Source: Lama glama
Taxonomy: Eukaryota
Reading direction: 5' to 3'
NCBI GenBank assembly: GCA_028534125.1
Contig: CM052816.1
Location: 77,130,001 to 77,194,000, forward strand
DNA: 64,000 bases
The translations under genes were made by a program, and so were the position numbers. A model generated the notes under the pieces. The model made no database searches. It saw only the letters and a program-made list of their open reading frames with translations, and was not told where the DNA came from. Positions 61,930 to 64,000 of the stretch are shown here, piece by piece (the stretch's first letter is position 1; each line of letters opens with the position of its first letter).

Positions 61930-63860
61930 GCTGGTAGCAAGTTTATTTTGCAAGGACTAGTAATGGATTACCATTAGTTGCCTTCTCAGAATCTGCTTTC
62001 CCCTTTCTAATGGTATGCTGTTTTCAATTTGACGTCTGCTGATGCCACACACCACCAGGGGATGGGTACTGGTTGACTTAAGCCAAGCATACTCCTCTCC
62101 CCGCTGGTTTAGGGGAGCTACGGAACTTGAACAGTCCAATCAGGGTAAACCTTGGGACTCTGGCATGCAATCCTGGGATCAGGTTGTTTCTTCTGGTTTT
62201 CCTGGCAGAATCAGAGGGTGAAGATGTAAAGACAGGGACTGTTGGAGCCATTTTTGCCACTAAAGTGGAAAGAGCTTACGGCTGAAACTGACAAGAAGAG
62301 AAGGGTGCAGCTGAGCGGACCCCTCTCAGAAGTAAGCTGACTCCGAGACTTGCCTTATCTCTGAACTTCGAGTTATAAAAGCGAGTGAATTCCTTTACTG
62401 CTTAAGCTAATTTGAACCATTGTTTCTGCTTCTTGCACCAGAGAATTCATAACTGATATAGAATTTGATACAGGAGTTGGGTATGGTAAAATACAAACCT
62501 AAAATGTGGACTTTGAGCAGAGGTGATGAGGTGAAGAGCAGTGGCCTGTTGGGACTCAGGCCTGTGCCTACAAGGCACAGCAGGGAGAATGGTTGGAAAG
62601 GTCTATTGGGATTACAGTAAGGTCCTACCGTAAAGAAGCAGTCTTAAGACAAAGTGACCCATCTGAAAACAGAGAAGGAAGAAAGTGTGGTTTTGCTAAC
62701 AGGGTCCTCTCTGAGTAGGGACTGCAATAAAGATTCCTGGAACCCAGCAGTGTTACAAAGACCAAATACTCTACTCCAAGTTAAGGTTCATACAAGTGAA
62801 AACAAGAGGGAAGACTGGGACAAAAGACAAGCCTAGCCCCTCACACCAGTCCTAAATACCGCCTGCTAAACAGTCCCCACCTGACAAAGCAAGCAAGTGC
62901 AGCTGTGATGGGACCTGAGGGCAGGGAACAAATCATCCCACTCCAAGTTATTGTCAGAAACTGTCCGGAGGCAGAAGCCAAGATAAAAGTAGCAGCCTTG
63001 GGGGTTGATAATACAACAGAGGCCTGTTGCTAGAAAATGGAAATTTCTAGACTCAAATACAATGACCAGAGACAGGCTCTCTGTCTATGGTGGCTAGCCT
63101 GCGGAAGTGACTAGTCAACTATCTTGATGATAACTTAATTTATAAAGGAGCTGTATTACCAAAGACATCCCAATCCAAGACAACACCGGTCTATGACTGC
63201 TCAAATGCTATGGCAATCCCAGACTCTTTGAAAGACAGAGTCAGAAAGTGGGTCGCTCACAGTATGCAGCCCCTAGAAAGGGAAACTCCTCTAGATATGT
63301 CAGTGAACAAGGAAGAGCCTCAAAGAGAAGAAAACCAGAGGTTGTCAGTTTTAATGACTAAGCTGCTTCTCCACTGTTAAAGCATTATCAAACTGTGATG
63401 CTGAGAAGATGAAAATCCTTAGTACCAGCATTTCCAAGCCAGAGTTCTCAGATTCACCCTGATAAGACTAAGTCATGTTCTCATCCCCAAGTCACATACC
63501 CACCCCAGGGGAATTATGCCTTTTACGTATTATTGGCCAGTGTGTGTCTGTGTTTTCCCAGTCATCTTTTATAATTGTGATTTCCTTAATTGAAGTTATC
63601 CCTATTATTTCTCCACTATTATATATTGGATATATTGGTGATTGGTTAACTTGTTTTAACTAAGCATGAAGAGCTAAACTCACACTAAAAGGGTCAGTTT
63701 TCACATCACACAGACGTCCCATACTTGACACTTTGGTTGTCTATATTTGGGGAAAGAATGAATGTACTTTATGTAGACATGAATAGACAGTTTTTAAAAT
63801 GCTTGTGTAAGAAGATGGGTGTATGTAGGTGTTGTATAGTCGAAGGGACGGACTGTCTAA
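61930..63860 (+). mobile_element. MLT1 MaLR 5' LTR (~61930-62460) plus internal region
   Basis: LTR motifs gttggagccatttttgccac and tgcttaagctaatttga, ending aactgatata; MLT-internal start gaatttgatacaggagt...aaacctaaaatgtgg; internal-end-like ggggaaagaatgaatgtacttta. Confidence 0.7.
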
Positions 63861-64000
63861 AACCAGTTAATGTGTGTCCTGGGATTGAGCAAATAAGGTA
63901 ATATATTATGGAAAATGAGGGTCAGGTTTCTCATAGGCTGGGGAAGGAGTTGTAAATAAGGAAAGGGGGAAGGCTAGAGTGAACATGGCGTTGGATTAGA

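Noticed and set aside
1..64000. CRISPR arrays, operons or prokaryotic defence systems
   Set aside because: The sequence is mammalian; there are no regularly spaced direct repeats and no gene-dense ORF structure

Overview
Repeat-rich mammalian genomic DNA, most likely camelid: it has two Vic-1-type tRNA-derived SINEs and cetartiodactyl-style L1 3' ends. It reads as intronic or intergenic sequence. I found no intact cellular protein-coding exon I can recognise. The only protein-like ORFs are decayed transposon frames (L1 ORF2, Tigger1 transposase, CR1/L3 reverse transcriptase), and the other short ORFs look like chance. Much of the window is L1, L2, L3, MIR, MaLR/ERVL LTRs, Tigger1 and hAT MITEs, with two N gaps. 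The most interesting observations are: (1) a small CpG-enriched, promoter-like patch at ~5.4-5.6 kb with splice donors facing both ways; (2) a chain of well-formed minus-strand exons (5057-4986, 3763-3733, acceptor at 1072) that splice in frame into a 36-aa ORF or a lncRNA; (3) an L1 with a twin-priming 5' inversion and a 14-bp target-site duplication (TSD); (4) a strong minus-strand bias of L1 insertions; and (5) several enhancer-like motif clusters. I see no convincing novel multi-gene system. Repeat family names come from remembered consensus motifs, not a database search, and boundaries are approximate unless a TSD is given.
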